From assembly GCF_009914755.1 (NCBI RefSeq), contig NC_060932.1: a stretch of DNA of 64,000 nucleotides; one strand, written 5' to 3'. The stretch comes from the human T2T-CHM13v2.0 reference genome, Homo sapiens. The notes under the pieces are model-generated. The model was not told the DNA's origin. It was given only the letters and a program-made list of their open reading frames with translations, and ran no database searches. Below are positions 42,274-58,980 of the stretch, piece after piece (the first letter of the stretch is position 1; every line of letters begins with the position of its first letter). The position numbers were made by a program, and so were the translations under genes.

Positions 42274-43529
42274 ATTTTATAGTTTGAATGTTGAGAAAAT
42301 TTCAATGTTGAGTCAATTATTTCTAAATATTGAGAAGGGTGGGTGTAGGACAGAAGAAACACTCCAGGAAGTGCTGATTCAATTATTTTACTTTTCTTGA
42401 GCAATTCTAGAATAAGCTACAAAACCTTTTCAATGCAGCAGTGAAGAGAAGGGAGACGTTATCAAATTGACACACAGGCATATTTTAAAAACTCTGGAGA
42501 CAGTTCACAGAGATGTGTGCAGCACAAAACAGAAATAAATAGAGCTTTACAAACCTAGTCGCAAAAGACTTTGAATTTCAAGTAATCACATAGATTCTGA
42601 GAATGTGCTGATACTCTATCAGTCCTGATGAAAGGAAATTATAATGGGATGGCAAGTATGGGATATTGAAAAACACAGGTATCAGAAATAAGTCAATAAA
42701 TAGGTGGTCCACAAACCAGCAATGGCTGGTGAAGATCTGGTCAAAATTCACTGTGATCATTTCCATGGTCTCAGTTAAGCATTTCACTCCGACTTTAGTA
42801 AAATACTGTTATGTTTAAAAATGGGCTTAAATTTAAACTAACCGTTCATATTTTCTATCCCACAGTAAAATTTTAATCCTTCTTAATGGATTATTTTTGT
42901 GGTCTTTATGAAATTCCAGTTTTAATGAACCTCTTTAGATATTATTAAGGAGAGGTTATTAACGTCCGATATTAAACAGAAAACCCCCACTCAGAATTCC
43001 AGTTCATGAACTGAATAAACCAGACAAGTGCCATCTCTTACAAAATGTGTCTGCGCAGACTGTAGGCTTTGGTTATATCACATGTTTCCTACAAGTATTG
43101 TTCAAAAAGCATGCATTCAGATCAATCAATTTCCTATTATCACCAAAATGTTTATTGGATCTGAAGTATGGCACTAATTATTTCTGAGATTAGTAATGAG
43201 GCTGTGAAGACAAGAGAAAAACCCCAACCAGTTGGTCACTGAAGCCTTCGACATGGCAATCACTCATCTGGGGATTTGTTCAAGTAGCTATCTACAAGCA
43301 TGGTTTTGAATGTCAGGATGGACATGGGTCACAGAAGGACACCAGAACAGGAGTTCAGATTGTCCTCTCAAGACTCTAGCAAAATTCGTGCTACTAGTTT
43401 TTATATCATAAATGCAGGTTCTTGACTGTTAAGCCATACCACAATTCTCTCTGAGAGACATGTAGCTGATATTCTACACTACTTTGCTATCATAGGAACT
43501 ATTTAACCAGCTAATTCTATTTCTTCATT

Positions 43530-45570
<2,041 letters not shown>

Positions 45571-45887
45571 AATTAACTATGAAAAGGGTCAATTTTGCTT
45601 GTTCCAGTGATTAGTAAACCTTGCATATTGTTGGTATTTAGCAAATATTTATTTTAGAATAAATATTCAATTTAAAATATTCAGTTTAGTCAAATTCACA
45701 AAAATAATGCAAAGTAGGAAATCTTTTTTTGTATTGTTAGCCATAAAAATAATACAACTTTGTAGTCTTTCGTGAAGTAGTGCCTTGTGCTAGAATTGTG
45801 ATATTTGTATTGTCAGTTTCCTTAAGTTCAGAAGTAGATAGTTTAGACCTAATAGCTAGTGCAGTCATCTGGTAAAGAATTTTAAAA

Positions 45888-46500
45888 TGTGTCTTTTTGA
45901 TATAATGACTTCTTTTCCTTTGGGTAAATATCCAGTAGGAGGATTGTTGGATCAAATTGTAGATCTATTTTTAGTTCTTTGGAAACCCGCACATGTATGT
46001 TTATTTCAACACAATTCACAATTGCAGAGATATGGAACCAACCTAAGTGCCCATCAACCACTGAGTGGATAAAGAAAATGTGATACATATCTATAAATAA
46101 CACCAAGAAGATGTGTTTTATATTTATATATATACCAGAGAATATTACTCACTCATAAAAAAGAACAAAATAATGTCTTTTGTAGCAACTTGGATGAAGC
46201 TGGAGGCCATTATTCTAAGTGAAGTAATTCAGGAATGGAAAATCAAATACTGTATGTTCTCATCTGTAATTGGGAGCTAAGCTATAGGTATGCAAAGGCA
46301 TACAAAGTGGTATAATGGACTTTGGAGACTCAGAAGAGGGGAGGGCGAGTGGGAAGTGAGGGATGAAACACTGCATATTGGGTACAATGTACACTACTCT
46401 GGTGACTGGTGTAGCAAAATCTCAGACTTCACCATTACACAGTTCATCCATGCAACCAACAACCAGTTGTACCCCAAAAGCTATTGAAACAAAAAAATAC
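45888..46500 (+). mobile_element. L1PB-like 3' fragment with inverted 5' segment
   Basis: 45888-~45985 is antisense L1 ORF2 and ~45986-46500 is sense L1 ending CCCCAAAAGCTATTGAAA(A)n; TSD AA(G/A)AATTTTAAAA. Confidence 0.88.
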
Positions 46501-46679
46501 AAAAATTTTAAAAAATAAAAATGAACAATTTCATTAAAAATAAGCTTAAAATGATAAAAATAATGGTTTTATTATTCATTAGTTTTATATTAGCATTGCA
46601 TCCCATGTATAATATATATAGTAAACAATGCACATAAAATAATTTTTCTCTCTCTCTCCTCTCTTTGTCATTCTCTCTT

Positions 46680-46717
46680 ACACACACACAAACACACACA
46701 CACACACACACACACAA
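46680..46717. repeat. (CA)n microsatellite
   Basis: Directly visible. Confidence 0.93.
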
Positions 46718-49700
46718 ATAGGAAGTAACTTACTAGATTGGTCACTTAACTGACAAACCCAATAATTTGCAACCCAGAGACCAGAAGGTCTTGGAGCAGC
46801 CAAAATAAACATTTTTATCAGTGATTGTTCTCATATCTTATTACCTGTGGTCTTATTACTCTAATTTAAATAATACATACATAGTGTAATTGTTTGGATC
46901 AATTTGGTTATGAGGTTAATCTGTACATAGAAGATTAAACACAGTACTTTGGCCTGAGAAAATGAACTTTAGTGAGAGGTGCAGAGATGGGAGGATCTGA
47001 GAGCCTACAGCGTGAGGGGAGAGATTACAAAGAACAGACAAAAGAACTGAAAAGTGTAGCAGCTGGGGCTGCTCCATTACATACTGTTGTGCATGATTCA
47101 TGCTCTTGAGAGTAATCATAGAACTTTAGCACAGTCTAATAGCCTGTGTTCGAGATGAAGAAATGTAGTCATTAAGAATAAGTTAAGTCCGATCGGTATA
47201 TTCTGTTTAACAAGGCATGAAAATATACAATCCATTTTACACAACTGTCCATTAAAAAAGCTAAAAATATTTTGTAAATTTTGGGAGTAAGCTTCATTTC
47301 TTTTGGGAAATTCACTTCCAAAATATGATTCAATGTCTCTTTGTTCTATAATGCTGCTTAAATAAAGAATTTGATCTATCCGTGAACAGTTACCACTTAA
47401 GAGCCACAGTGAGTACTCTGCCACCTTCAGGGGGGCACTATTTACATAGACTCCAAGTTTAATAGCACCCCCCCTGGAACTGTGCAGTACTGCAGCCCTG
47501 TCCACAGGGGCTGGGTTTTTGTTTATATTTTCGTCGTATCCTCAGTGCTAGAACATAGGCACATAGTAGGCATTTAATAAAATTTTAAAATTAACTATGA
47601 ATAAATACATATGTAAATAAATTTAAACTGCAACATTTATGAACAAAATATTTGAGTTCACAAAAGAACTAACATTGCATTTAAAATTTTCATTTTTAAT
47701 ATGAACAAAACATGGATATCCTGCTCAAATTAGAGCATAATATTTTATGGAAAGGTAATAGGGAGAGGTCTATAATGTAAAGATCTTATACTATATATAT
47801 ATGCTACTATATATATATATACTTTAAATATAATATAAAGTAAAGAAGAGAACTTGGAAAGCTCCAGCTGCATAAATGTCAGGCAGGAAAACTTAGGTTG
47901 TTTCCCCTAAGTCATCTTTGCCGGCCAATATTCACCTTTTCTTTCCTGGCCAAACTGGGCCCCAGAGTAGCTTTTTCCATGTCCAAATTGGATCATGATG
48001 CATTGTATGACAAGGTTTACTCTTCTTATTCTCTGCTCAGTCAATTGTAAATTGAATTCGTGGTGTTGTTGAACTCTATTTGTGTAATATACTTTGTCAG
48101 TTCTAGTTTAATACCATATAAAGAGAACATTTAGCCAGATGATGATACTAATAATGACAAAGTATTGAATTTGGAATCTGAATATTAGAATTCTACACCT
48201 GGCTGAACCATTTGTGCTAAGATAAATGACATAGTTGAAAAAAACAAGACTTTCTATTTTCCTATCTTTTGTTTGTGATGTTTAAAGAAATCTTAGAATT
48301 ATTATATCATTATGGATAGCAATTAAACAATTTGGAATCCAATGTTTTCATATTTTATGATGATGCATAAAACGGTAAGAAGCCTATCACGTTAAAAATT
48401 AACTATTTTTGCAGCCTTAAACATATTACTATTTTAAAGCCCACTGGGATACCAGCCAAGCAGAATAATTCACAAGTTATTAGATACGTGCGTTGGCTTC
48501 CAGGATATGTTAAAGAGAATGGGGAAGTGGATTAAGAAAACAATCTTTTATGCCGTCTTGGAATTCTTATCTATTATAAAGTCAAAAATAGTTTTTAAAA
48601 TCTTGTAAGGGATATGCTATTTATAGGGCTCATGGTCAGTTTGCTGGATGTAATGGTTTTCTCATATTGGTCATTAATCTTTGTTTCAGCAATAATCACA
48701 GACCACTATAAATTCTAAATACTCATGGAATTTTATGGTCTGAAATTATTCTTCAATTTAATGTCCAAGCATTAAAAATAGACCAAGATTTCGGTAATTT
48801 GTTTTCTTTTAATCAGTTGCAATGTCAAATATTTATGAATCGCAATCTTGAAAAACTATTTTAATATGATGAAATATTTTAGAACCCTTTAAAAAGCCAT
48901 AACAGGATTGGATTACATCCTTTATATTGAACTTAACAAAGGAAATTTTTCTTTAAAAAAGCACATTTATCTACAAATTTTACAAGATCATATTTTAGGT
49001 GCAACTTGAAGTCACCTTCCAGATGTCTTATTTACAGAATATGACTGGTTTATCCATGAATCACCAACATGTCATTCTGCTTCGCATTGAAGTTTTGTGT
49101 AAATGAAGGAAAAACCAGGGCCCTCTGCTCTCTTGGACCTTTTATTCCAGAATTCACTCAGTCCATAGAGAGTGATGGTGAAAACCAGCGTTAGAGGACA
49201 GGCCATGCTTGCAACAAGCTCAGTGTCTTAGTAAATGGCTCCAAGCATTCTGGAATATTATATCCCAGATTTAGACTTCTTTCCATTTTCTGTATTTCAC
49301 TCATCAATCACGGTTTCTGTCATAATTTGGCAAGAGTCTCTAGAATGCTGTATATTGTTAAAACAATCCTACATTTCCTGAAGTAGACATTTTATGTATC
49401 CTAGAGTGAAGAAGTCTTTGGAGAAGTTCTTTCTTCTTGAATTAAGTTGTATATATAAAAAACATAGACTTAGTTTAATTACAATCATATGTTAAATGTC
49501 TATGATATAAAATTCCTGAAAATATTTTGATAAATCAACTATTTTTATTGCATGCAACTGCTTGATTTAAATGATGTGGAAAATTTCACACTATATGATG
49601 GAAAGCTTATGAAATGATGGAAGAATTATCTTGTATGAAGAACAGTTTAATTTATTGGGAAACAATAGTATTTTCAATTTAGAACTCATAATAAACAACT

Positions 49701-52574
49701 GAACAATTTTTTTATGACCTTCTGAATATTTTTAGTAATTATTACTGACCAATTATTAATATTTTCATAGCTTTTTGCATAAAACTCAAAGCCTTTAGCA
49801 TTATATCAAATGACCTTCATATAGACTTGTGTAAGAGGGGTTCTCTTGTAATGGACTCAAAACACAGAGGGCCACTCATATCACGAATCACATTTAATAC
49901 ATTTATTAAAGAAGAAAATGACTGCCTCTGTTACTCACCCAACACAGTCTATAACCAGAAATGTCACTGTCTTAAGGGATACTCTTCAGGCACCAGGATA
50001 ATGATTCTCTACATTTCTTGTTCTCTGTCCTCAAACAAAAGGTGAGTATATCCTATTGCTCTCAATGTTATAAAGGTGTATGGGTTTTGCCTCTGTCGGC
50101 AGCAGAGACAAACACAGTTTATGCATTAAGAAGGCAAATTTGTCAAGGTTAGAAAATACAACATCATTTTATCTAGCTATTTGTTAGCTTGACTAATAAC
50201 AAAATATTTAACCTCTATCTGTACTCATCTATCAATCCCTAACTTCATATCCCTGCCTACTCTTTCTAATCTCTTCTCTCAACTCCTTTCTCTAGAGACT
50301 TTGTTGAATCATTTTGAAATACTTTCTGTTTTCTAAAACACACTTATCTTGCACCCATTTCACGCGTTTCTTTCTTGGAATCTCTCTTTCTTTCTTGTCT
50401 TCTGGATGAAATTGCTTCATCTTCAAAATTCTGTTCAAGTTTAACACCTTTAAAAATTATTCTCAACCACCTATAGTTCTACATGCATGAATTTAAAAAT
50501 AGCACTTAAAATATTGTAATTATCTCTGTATCTATCAGAATCTCTTTTCAAACCCTGAGTTATTTGAATGCAAGAGTTACGTTGTTGAAGGAATATATAG
50601 TGCCTAATGCCGAGAACATAGTAAGAATTTAGTATGTTTGTTCTAGCACATAGTAAAAGTTCAATATCTTGTTGTTCCTATTGTTAGTTCTTCAAGTTAA
50701 AGTTAACAATCCCACGCCTACCCGACCCTACACCTCACTAGGTTAGCTGAATGTTACATGTTTCTATGGCATTATGTACTTGGATATTGTCCATTTGTAA
50801 CGCTCACAAACTTGACCGATATTTATCTTTTGGTTTATATCTTGTTCATTGCTGTGTACTACACACCCAGTATTAAATTGAATTAATGAATTAGTTTCAG
50901 GAGGTGAAACAGAGGTGGAATTTGGAGAGATATGCCATGGGTCTGCAATAGTGAAGTAGGTATGCAGATGATAAATAACAATAATAATTTTTAAATAAAT
51001 GAATAAAGCTACAAGGAATATTTCTATGGTTTGAATGTCTGAAAATTATGCTAAAATTTAATTGCCACTACGTTGTTAAGAGGTGGGACCTTTAATAGAC
51101 TTTAGGAGACTGTCCTTACCCTGATCAGCTCTCATATGGATTTGGCAATTCTACGGATTTAATTGACATCGTAACTTAAGAGCACACCTCTTTTTGATAA
51201 CATAGAGATATATCTCTAAGACCACCTGTTAATAAACATCAAGATAGCCAGTAAAGAAACAAAATCAAGCTTATTTGGGTTGGTATTATTGTTGATTAAT
51301 TTCTTAGCTGAGCCATAGGGAAGATCACTTACATTTCTGACAACAGAATTTCTCTTTTTAGAAAATACTGCTCTGGGCTCCAGAAAAATGTTGGCATGAA
51401 TTCAGTGGAAGTTCAATTATAATCACTGAATTTCAGTGAAAGGATTCTTCTCTCTTTTGTACTTTGTCCCCTCAATTTATAAAATATAAGACATTTATCT
51501 TATTTTTAAACATTTTTCCTTCCATTACATTTAGCCATAACTGACCAACTATATTAAAAGTCAGGAAATGAGTCTCCACCTACAGATGACTTATTTTCTT
51601 ACTCTGGGGCTGGCAAAAATTAGCAGTGAAAACACAGGAAGGAAATAACATCTTAAGTAGAAATTAAATCAGGTTGCTCAAGTCAGTTAGGAGGCAGTAT
51701 TCACTGCTGAATAATCAGTCTTAGCGAGGTGATACGTCCATGAGTAATAGAAGAAATCAGTGAATGGCAAGTAAAACAATTGTATGAAAAGAAACTTAAT
51801 ACTTTAAAAAAAGTATTTTCTTTAGGAGCTCATTATCCCAAGGAAAACTACAAGCTGTATTAGAAAGCACTTCCATTTGAGTTGAAAAGTATTTCAAAAC
51901 ACTCTATAAAGCTCTAGATAAGGTAAGCAAATTTAACTGCTTCAACCCTCCAATTACATTTTCACCATCTGTGCTTCCACATTTTCATGAAATACCCCAG
52001 TGAGATGACACAGAAACATTGCTGTGTAACTAACACACATAACATAACTCATGTATGTGACACAACGAATCCAAAAAAAGCTGATACATTAAACAGCAGA
52101 GGAATTAAATTTTTAAACCCTGTTAAAGGATGTGGTAGAAAAAACATCTGGAAAAGAACAGGTTGATTGAAATAGGCCTGCCTGGCTTCAGAATTGGAAG
52201 GTCATGCTAAACTAATCTCCAGAAGAACTCTGAGGGTGTTACTGCCAAAAAAGACAAAAGTGGCTCAGGCATGTCATGCATTTGGATTTTCAAGGATCAC
52301 ATGAAAATTCTAGAGCTTAAAGAGATGGTCTAGCAACATGTTACCCTTTATTTCTATCCTTTCCACTGTTTTCAAAAGTGGCTCTCCGGCTTGTTTACAA
52401 ACTACACGTGAATAGGCAGAAACAGTTAAATTCATTTAGGAAATATTTGTTGTGCTTATATGTGAAAGGCAGGTACTGAAATTGAAGAAATCAGTGAAGT
52501 ATCTTCATCCTTGAGACTCCCAGACTCTAGTCTGAGAAACAGGCAACTATCCTTACAATAGGCTAGAGAGACAT

Positions 52575-52945
52575 TGATATGGTTTGGCTCTTTGTCCCCA
52601 CCCAAATCTCATCTTGAACTGTAATGCTCATTGTCAAGGGAGGAACCTGAGGGGAGGTGATTGGATTATGGGGGGCAGTTCCCCCATGCTGTGCTTGTGA
52701 TAGGGAGGGAGTCTCGAAAGATCTGATGGTTTTAAAAATGGCAGTTTTTTTCTCTGCTCACACTGTGCTTCTCTCCCCTGCTGCCATGTGAAGAAGGTCC
52801 TTGCTTCCCCTTTGTCTTCTGTCATAATTGTAAGTTTCCTGAGGCCTCCCCAGCCATGAGGAACTGTAAGTCAATGGTACTTCTCTTCTTTATGAATTAC
52901 CCAGTCTTAATAGTATCTTTGTAGCAATGTGAGAAGACTAATACA
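52575..52945 (+). mobile_element. THE1/MST-type MaLR solo LTR
   Basis: TGATATGGTTTGGCTC..CCCACCCAAATCTCATCTTGAA..TAAGTTTCCTGAGGCCTCCCCAGCC..GACTAATACA. Confidence 0.92.
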
Positions 52946-53534
52946 GAATTTTTGCATGGTCTTCTTGAGCTATATACAGGCAATTCGAATTTTAAAAGTC
53001 AAAAGGAAGGTAAGTCTCACTCATACCCCATAGTAAAGAAATATATACGGAGGCATATGGTTTTCTGCAGGAGCATTTTGTATAAGTAGAAAAGAAATAA
53101 AATAATAGAATCTTAAAACAAAATATCATTATGTATATTATTTTAGCTCTTTCCAGAGCAGCTTGTGTTATCTTTAATTAAAGCTTAAACACTGCTGAAT
53201 GGACGAATCATTTAAGAAGACCAGTTACTGCAGTTACTACTGGAATCAAGCTACATGTTCCATATTAAATCACGGAGCTGTATGGCTAGAAAGAGTCTCA
53301 GAAAACTCTGGCTCAGATTCTTGAAGTATCTTCCTTAGAACAGTAGCCCTTAATGGTGCTATTAGCTACGATTAAAAAAGAATAATCATGTATGGTCAAA
53401 TAGCCTAGAAATCAATGGGTTAAATGAAGTTAAATATGTTTTTCTCTTGCAAGAATTCTCAGTGAGTTTACTCTACCAATGTGTATTTTACTTTCCACAA
53501 AAAGCACATTTAACAGCACTCCTCAGATTTCTTT

Positions 53535-53536
<2 letters not shown>

Positions 53537-53572
<36 letters not shown>

Positions 53573-53585
53573 TTTTTTTTTTTTT
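53537..53585. repeat. (AC)n followed by poly(T)
   Basis: Directly visible. Confidence 0.93.
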
Positions 53586-54197
53586 CCAAAGAACACTTTG
53601 TGAGGAATATTCATTTGAAAACTCTTTGGAAAATATTACCTTAGCCAAAATCCCTTACTTTGCAAAACTATAATTAATACTTGGTGAGTTAAATGATTTA
53701 CACAGAAAAGTCAGTTGTAGTCAGCCAAAACAAAGAATGTAGCTTTTAGATGTTCAATCTAGCATGCATTGTTCTAAATCACAGTCTTCAGTATGTGCAC
53801 ACATATCTCTGGGAGTACATAAAAATTTTCCAGATATATGTGGGTTCAGACAGTTTTAAGGGATCTAGTTCTAGATTTTGAATTTTTATTATGAATTTCC
53901 ATATCTCTGTTTCCTAAAACTAATTTGCCTAAGAACGAGTCTATGGGTTGATCATGGGTGAAGGATTACTCTCTCTTTCCCTCCAACCTCTTTCACAATA
54001 GCATTTTCCCCACTTAACAAATAATCTCTCATTCATCTGCAGTGTTACTAAGGTGCATTGCTCTCAACTATAAAACTTCTGGAGTGCTGCATAAGGCATG
54101 TTAAGGTCCTTTGAGAACAAATCAAAGAGAGGTTCAGTATGAAATGATTGAAGGTGAGACATCTTATTTTATCTAGATGAAAAACTTTTGGCAAGGC

Positions 54198-54607
54198 AAA
54201 CATATGTATCTATCAAACATATGTAGTTATATCTATCAAACATATGTTTCTATATCAAACATATGTATCTATCAAACATATATGTATCTATATCTAGGTA
54301 TATATCTAGACAGGTATATATGTGTATGACAGGTATATATATGCACCTCTAGACAAGTGTGTGTGTATATATATATATATATAGACAGGTATATATACAT
54401 ATATATATATATGTACCTCTAGACAGTATATAGGTATATATATGTACCTCTAGACAGGTGTATATGTATATGTGTGTGTGTGTATATATATGTGTGTGTG
54501 TGCATATATATGTGTGTGTATATATGTATGTGTGTGTGTATATATATATATACACATATATATATATACCTCTTTCTCTCTATATATATGTATGTACCTG
54601 TCTAGAG

Positions 54608-54649
<42 letters not shown>

Positions 54650-54782
54650 GTCTAGAGGTACATATATATACCTGTCTAGAGGTGTATATATATACCTGTC
54701 TAGAGGTGTATATATATACCTGTCTAGACAGATATATATATATATACCCCCATACCTGTCTACATATATACCTATATACAAG
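54198..54782. repeat. Complex TA-rich minisatellite with inverted units
   Basis: AAACATATGTATCTATC repeats, then ACCTCTAGACAG units and their reverse complement CTGTCTAGAGGT, interleaved with (TA)n/(TG)n. Confidence 0.9.
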
Positions 54783-55706
54783 GTAGAACTTGGAAGTGAA
54801 ATAATTCTAAAGGAAGCATATTAGCATGTTTATTGGATCTGACTGATTGGTTAATAATGAAAATTGGATTTGCCAGTAAATTATTTATGGACAAAGTTTT
54901 AATAAATTGAATAAGCTAAATTTTCAGATTCAATATTTTGATGAAAATAAATAAAAATATATATACAATAAAAAACTAGAAATTCTATCATTCCCAACTA
55001 TTTAATCTTATGATAGAAGTATCAGCTGTAACCTTAAAAACATGAGTGAATATATATTTTTCCAAAGTTCTGTTGGGCAGTTATATAAATGACTAATTAA
55101 AGACCACTGTTCTATACTATGTACTAGAAATGTGTTCATAGAGTATTAATTTCTGAGAATATTAACAATGGAATAAGAGAAAAGCAACAACAAAATTACT
55201 ACAGGAAAATGTTTTTTAAAGGGTTTTGTCATATTTTTTAAATGCAAGAAAATGAGACTGAACTTTGTATTTTTTTATTTTTTGAAAAACTCACATGTAT
55301 TGTCATATTCTCTTATTAAAAGAAAGTACAAAGTCTAAGTGAAAGAAAATGATCACAGAAAACACATAAACTAAATCTTTTCTAGAGAGCATTAATATGT
55401 ATTTCACAATGAAGCTTCTTATTTGGTACATTAGAAGAAATTATTTAATTTTATGGAAAAGCAGTATGTTTGGAAGAAATTTAGCTTTCATTGGTTAATC
55501 ACAGAATTAGGAATAGGAATATTATACTAAAAGCTTGTTACTTCAGCTTACAAAATATTAGTTTCATTAATGCAATAGTTATCAACACACAGAGACTGCA
55601 AACACACCTAAACCTTGACAGCATTGGTCCCTAGTGTGCTATTGATTGCTAATTATCAATAAAGTAACATTTATAAGTCATTATATTGACAAATACCTGC
55701 CAGCTG

Positions 55707-55708
<2 letters not shown>

Positions 55709-55752
<44 letters not shown>
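55709..55752. repeat. Pure (AT)22 microsatellite
   Basis: Uninterrupted AT run of 44 nt. Confidence 0.95.
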
Positions 55753-55756
<4 letters not shown>

Positions 55757-56036
55757 CACCTTTCTTCTTACTGTTTTAGATGAACTTTCTGTGCTCCTAT
55801 ATAAGGCCAATTTCTCCATGCGTGTACTATATCCCTTTCTCTCTCATGTGTTGTAGAGTATCACTTCTGTATTTTTCATCCTGTTTCATCTTCATTTCAC
55901 TGAGTTTCTCATCAGCATACCAGCATAATGTTTTTTTCTTATATTAACACAATCCTCTCTTGATTACACTTGCTTCTCCAGCTATTTTTCCATTTTCTTC
56001 CCGGTTTTTAATTTTTAAATTAAAAATAAACTTGTG

Positions 56037-56153
56037 GAGACAGAGTCTCACTATGTTGCCCAAGCTGTTCTCAAACTCCTGGGCTCTGACAGTCCTCTCA
56101 CCTTCAGCCTCCCAAAGTGCTTGGATTGCAGGCATGAGCCACTGCTCTCAGCC
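56037..56153 (-). mobile_element. FLAM (free left Alu monomer)
   Basis: GAGACAGAGTCTCACTATGTTGCCCAAGCTG..CCTCCCAAAGTGCT..GAGCCACTG. Confidence 0.85.
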
Positions 56154-56481
56154 TCTCCATTTTTCTGTCCCCCTTCATGGCAAAATTTTTAAAAGAGTTC
56201 TCTACATTTATTGTCTTCATTTTCTGTCTTCTGATTCTCTTTAGAACAAATGCCCATCAGTCTTTGATCCCTACACCTTCAAAACGATTCTTGTCAAGGT
56301 CACCCAAGTCCTCCGCATTAAAAATTCTAATAGTTAATTCTTAGCCCTTATCTTACTTGAGGACATTTGATATATTTGAACACTTCCTTCTCCTCAAAAT
56401 ATTTTTCTTATGTCTCCCTTGCTACTCTTTGTCTGCGCCCTTTGCTTGATCTTTCTAACATCCCTGCCCCCTTGTCATTAG

Positions 56482-56866
<385 letters not shown>

Positions 56867-57978
56867 ATATGCTTATCACTTTCAAACTCCTATAGTGCCT
56901 TCTAGGTTCCTCCCCTTGGTCTCAGACTTATGTACTGAAATACCTGTTTTACATCTCCACTTCGGTGTTTAAAAGCCATCTCAGAGGTAAAATTTCCAAA
57001 AGCTACACTTCCAGGTTTTCCCTCCAACTGTTTTTCTTGAATTATTTTCTATTTCCACTCATGGTGACTCAATCCTTTCAGTTTCTCATCCTTAACTTTT
57101 CTTTTTCTCACACCTCATTCCCAAACCCTCTAAGAAATCTTTCACCCTGAAACTTCAAAATGTCTCTGAAATATGGTCCTTTCTTACCACCTCTACTGCT
57201 ACCAGTCTGGTTCAAGAACCTGATCTCTTGCTTGGACTTTTGCTTCTGCCTTTATGCTCTGGTTCTCATTCCACCTCCCCACTCACAATCTGAAGTCTAT
57301 CACAGCAGCCAGAGATATCTGTTAAGATGTCTGCTCAAATATTCTAATAGTTATTGATTTTATTCAAAGAAAACTCCAAAGATCTTACAACTGCCTGCAA
57401 GGCCCTACATGATTGGGTTTTCACTCATTCTCTGCTATTAACCTCCACTTCCATTAATCTGCTCCCACCCACAAAGCATCTTTGCTTTTCTTTAAACATG
57501 TTAAGCACGTCTCTTTCTGTTCTCTCAGTCTTGTAACACTTGCTCTTCTCATTGGCTGTTCTCTTAGTCTGTAACACTTTTGCTCGATAACCTCATGATT
57601 CATTCCTTTACTTCCTTCACTCCTTTGTTTAAATGTAAACTCTTCAGACACACTTTCCTTGACCACTGAATTTAAAATGACAATGCTCCTCAGAACTCCA
57701 TTGAACTCTCTGCTGCTTATTTTTCTACATATCACATACCATCTTCTAGTGTAAATTACTTACTCACTGTGCTTGTTATCTGCTGACACACCAGATTATA
57801 ACCTCCATGAGGACAGCCTTTCTTGTATGTTTTTTTTTTAATAAGGTATTTCAAATGGAAGAAAAATGGTGGAAAAGACAAGATAGCCATAGCAACTTCA
57901 GGATAATGGACACGTTTGTGGAGGAACAGAGTGAAATTAGACAGAAATGAATAGGTGGCTTTCATTTTATGTTTGTAG

Positions 57979-58302
<324 letters not shown>

Positions 58303-58600
58303 TTGTAGCATTTTTTTTTTTAAATAAGAAAGGACTCAATGATAGTAAGTTTATTTTTGTTACATATTAATGGTGCATACATAGGGTTTCATCACATTTT
58401 CCCCTGAACTTTCTAAATGTTTAAAGGTTTTGTAATACTAACAGCACTTTACTAAGAAAGAAAGAGGTTGCATTTCAGGTAATTGGAGTTCTAGATGGCT
58501 GGTATATAGAGTGAAGAGACAGGTGGAAGAGAGAAGGACAAAAGAGAAAGAAAATGGCCAGGAGTAAGTTAATGGTGTGATACTGCTCTCTGTGCTAGGG

Positions 58601-58800
58601 CAGTGCTTCTCACACCTCAACATGCACAGCAATCAATGAGGATTGATTATCAGAATGTATAAGGAGCTCAGACAACTCTACACAAGGGATTTGCTTTATG
58701 ATGCAAATTCTGATTTCATAGATCTGGGACAGAGCTATGATTTTGCCCTCCTAAAACACTCCCAGCAGATGCCAATGTCCCTGGTCCTGGAGCACTAGTC
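58601..58800. mobile_element. MER5A1-like hAT DNA transposon remnant with internal 45-nt L1 insert
   Basis: CAGTGCTTCTCA..ATGCA..AATCA / GATGCAAATTCTGATT..CTCCCAG..GATGCC..CTGGTCC matches recalled MER5A1 layout. Confidence 0.65.
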
Positions 58801-58814
58801 ACAAAATCCTAGAG

Positions 58815-58980
58815 TGTGGCATCTGTAACTTGGCTACATGCTGGAATCACCTGGCAATCCTAGAAAATATTGATGTCTGCGTCTGACTTCCAAAAATTCT
58901 GATTTAAAACTTATTGGGATTCATCTGGCCACTGGGGTTTTGACAAGTGATTCTAATGTATAGCAAAATTTGAATACCCG
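58815..58980. mobile_element. MER5B-like remnant
   Basis: CTTGGCTACATGCTGGAATCACCTGG..ATTCTGATTTAA..GTGATTCTAATGTATAGC. Confidence 0.6.
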
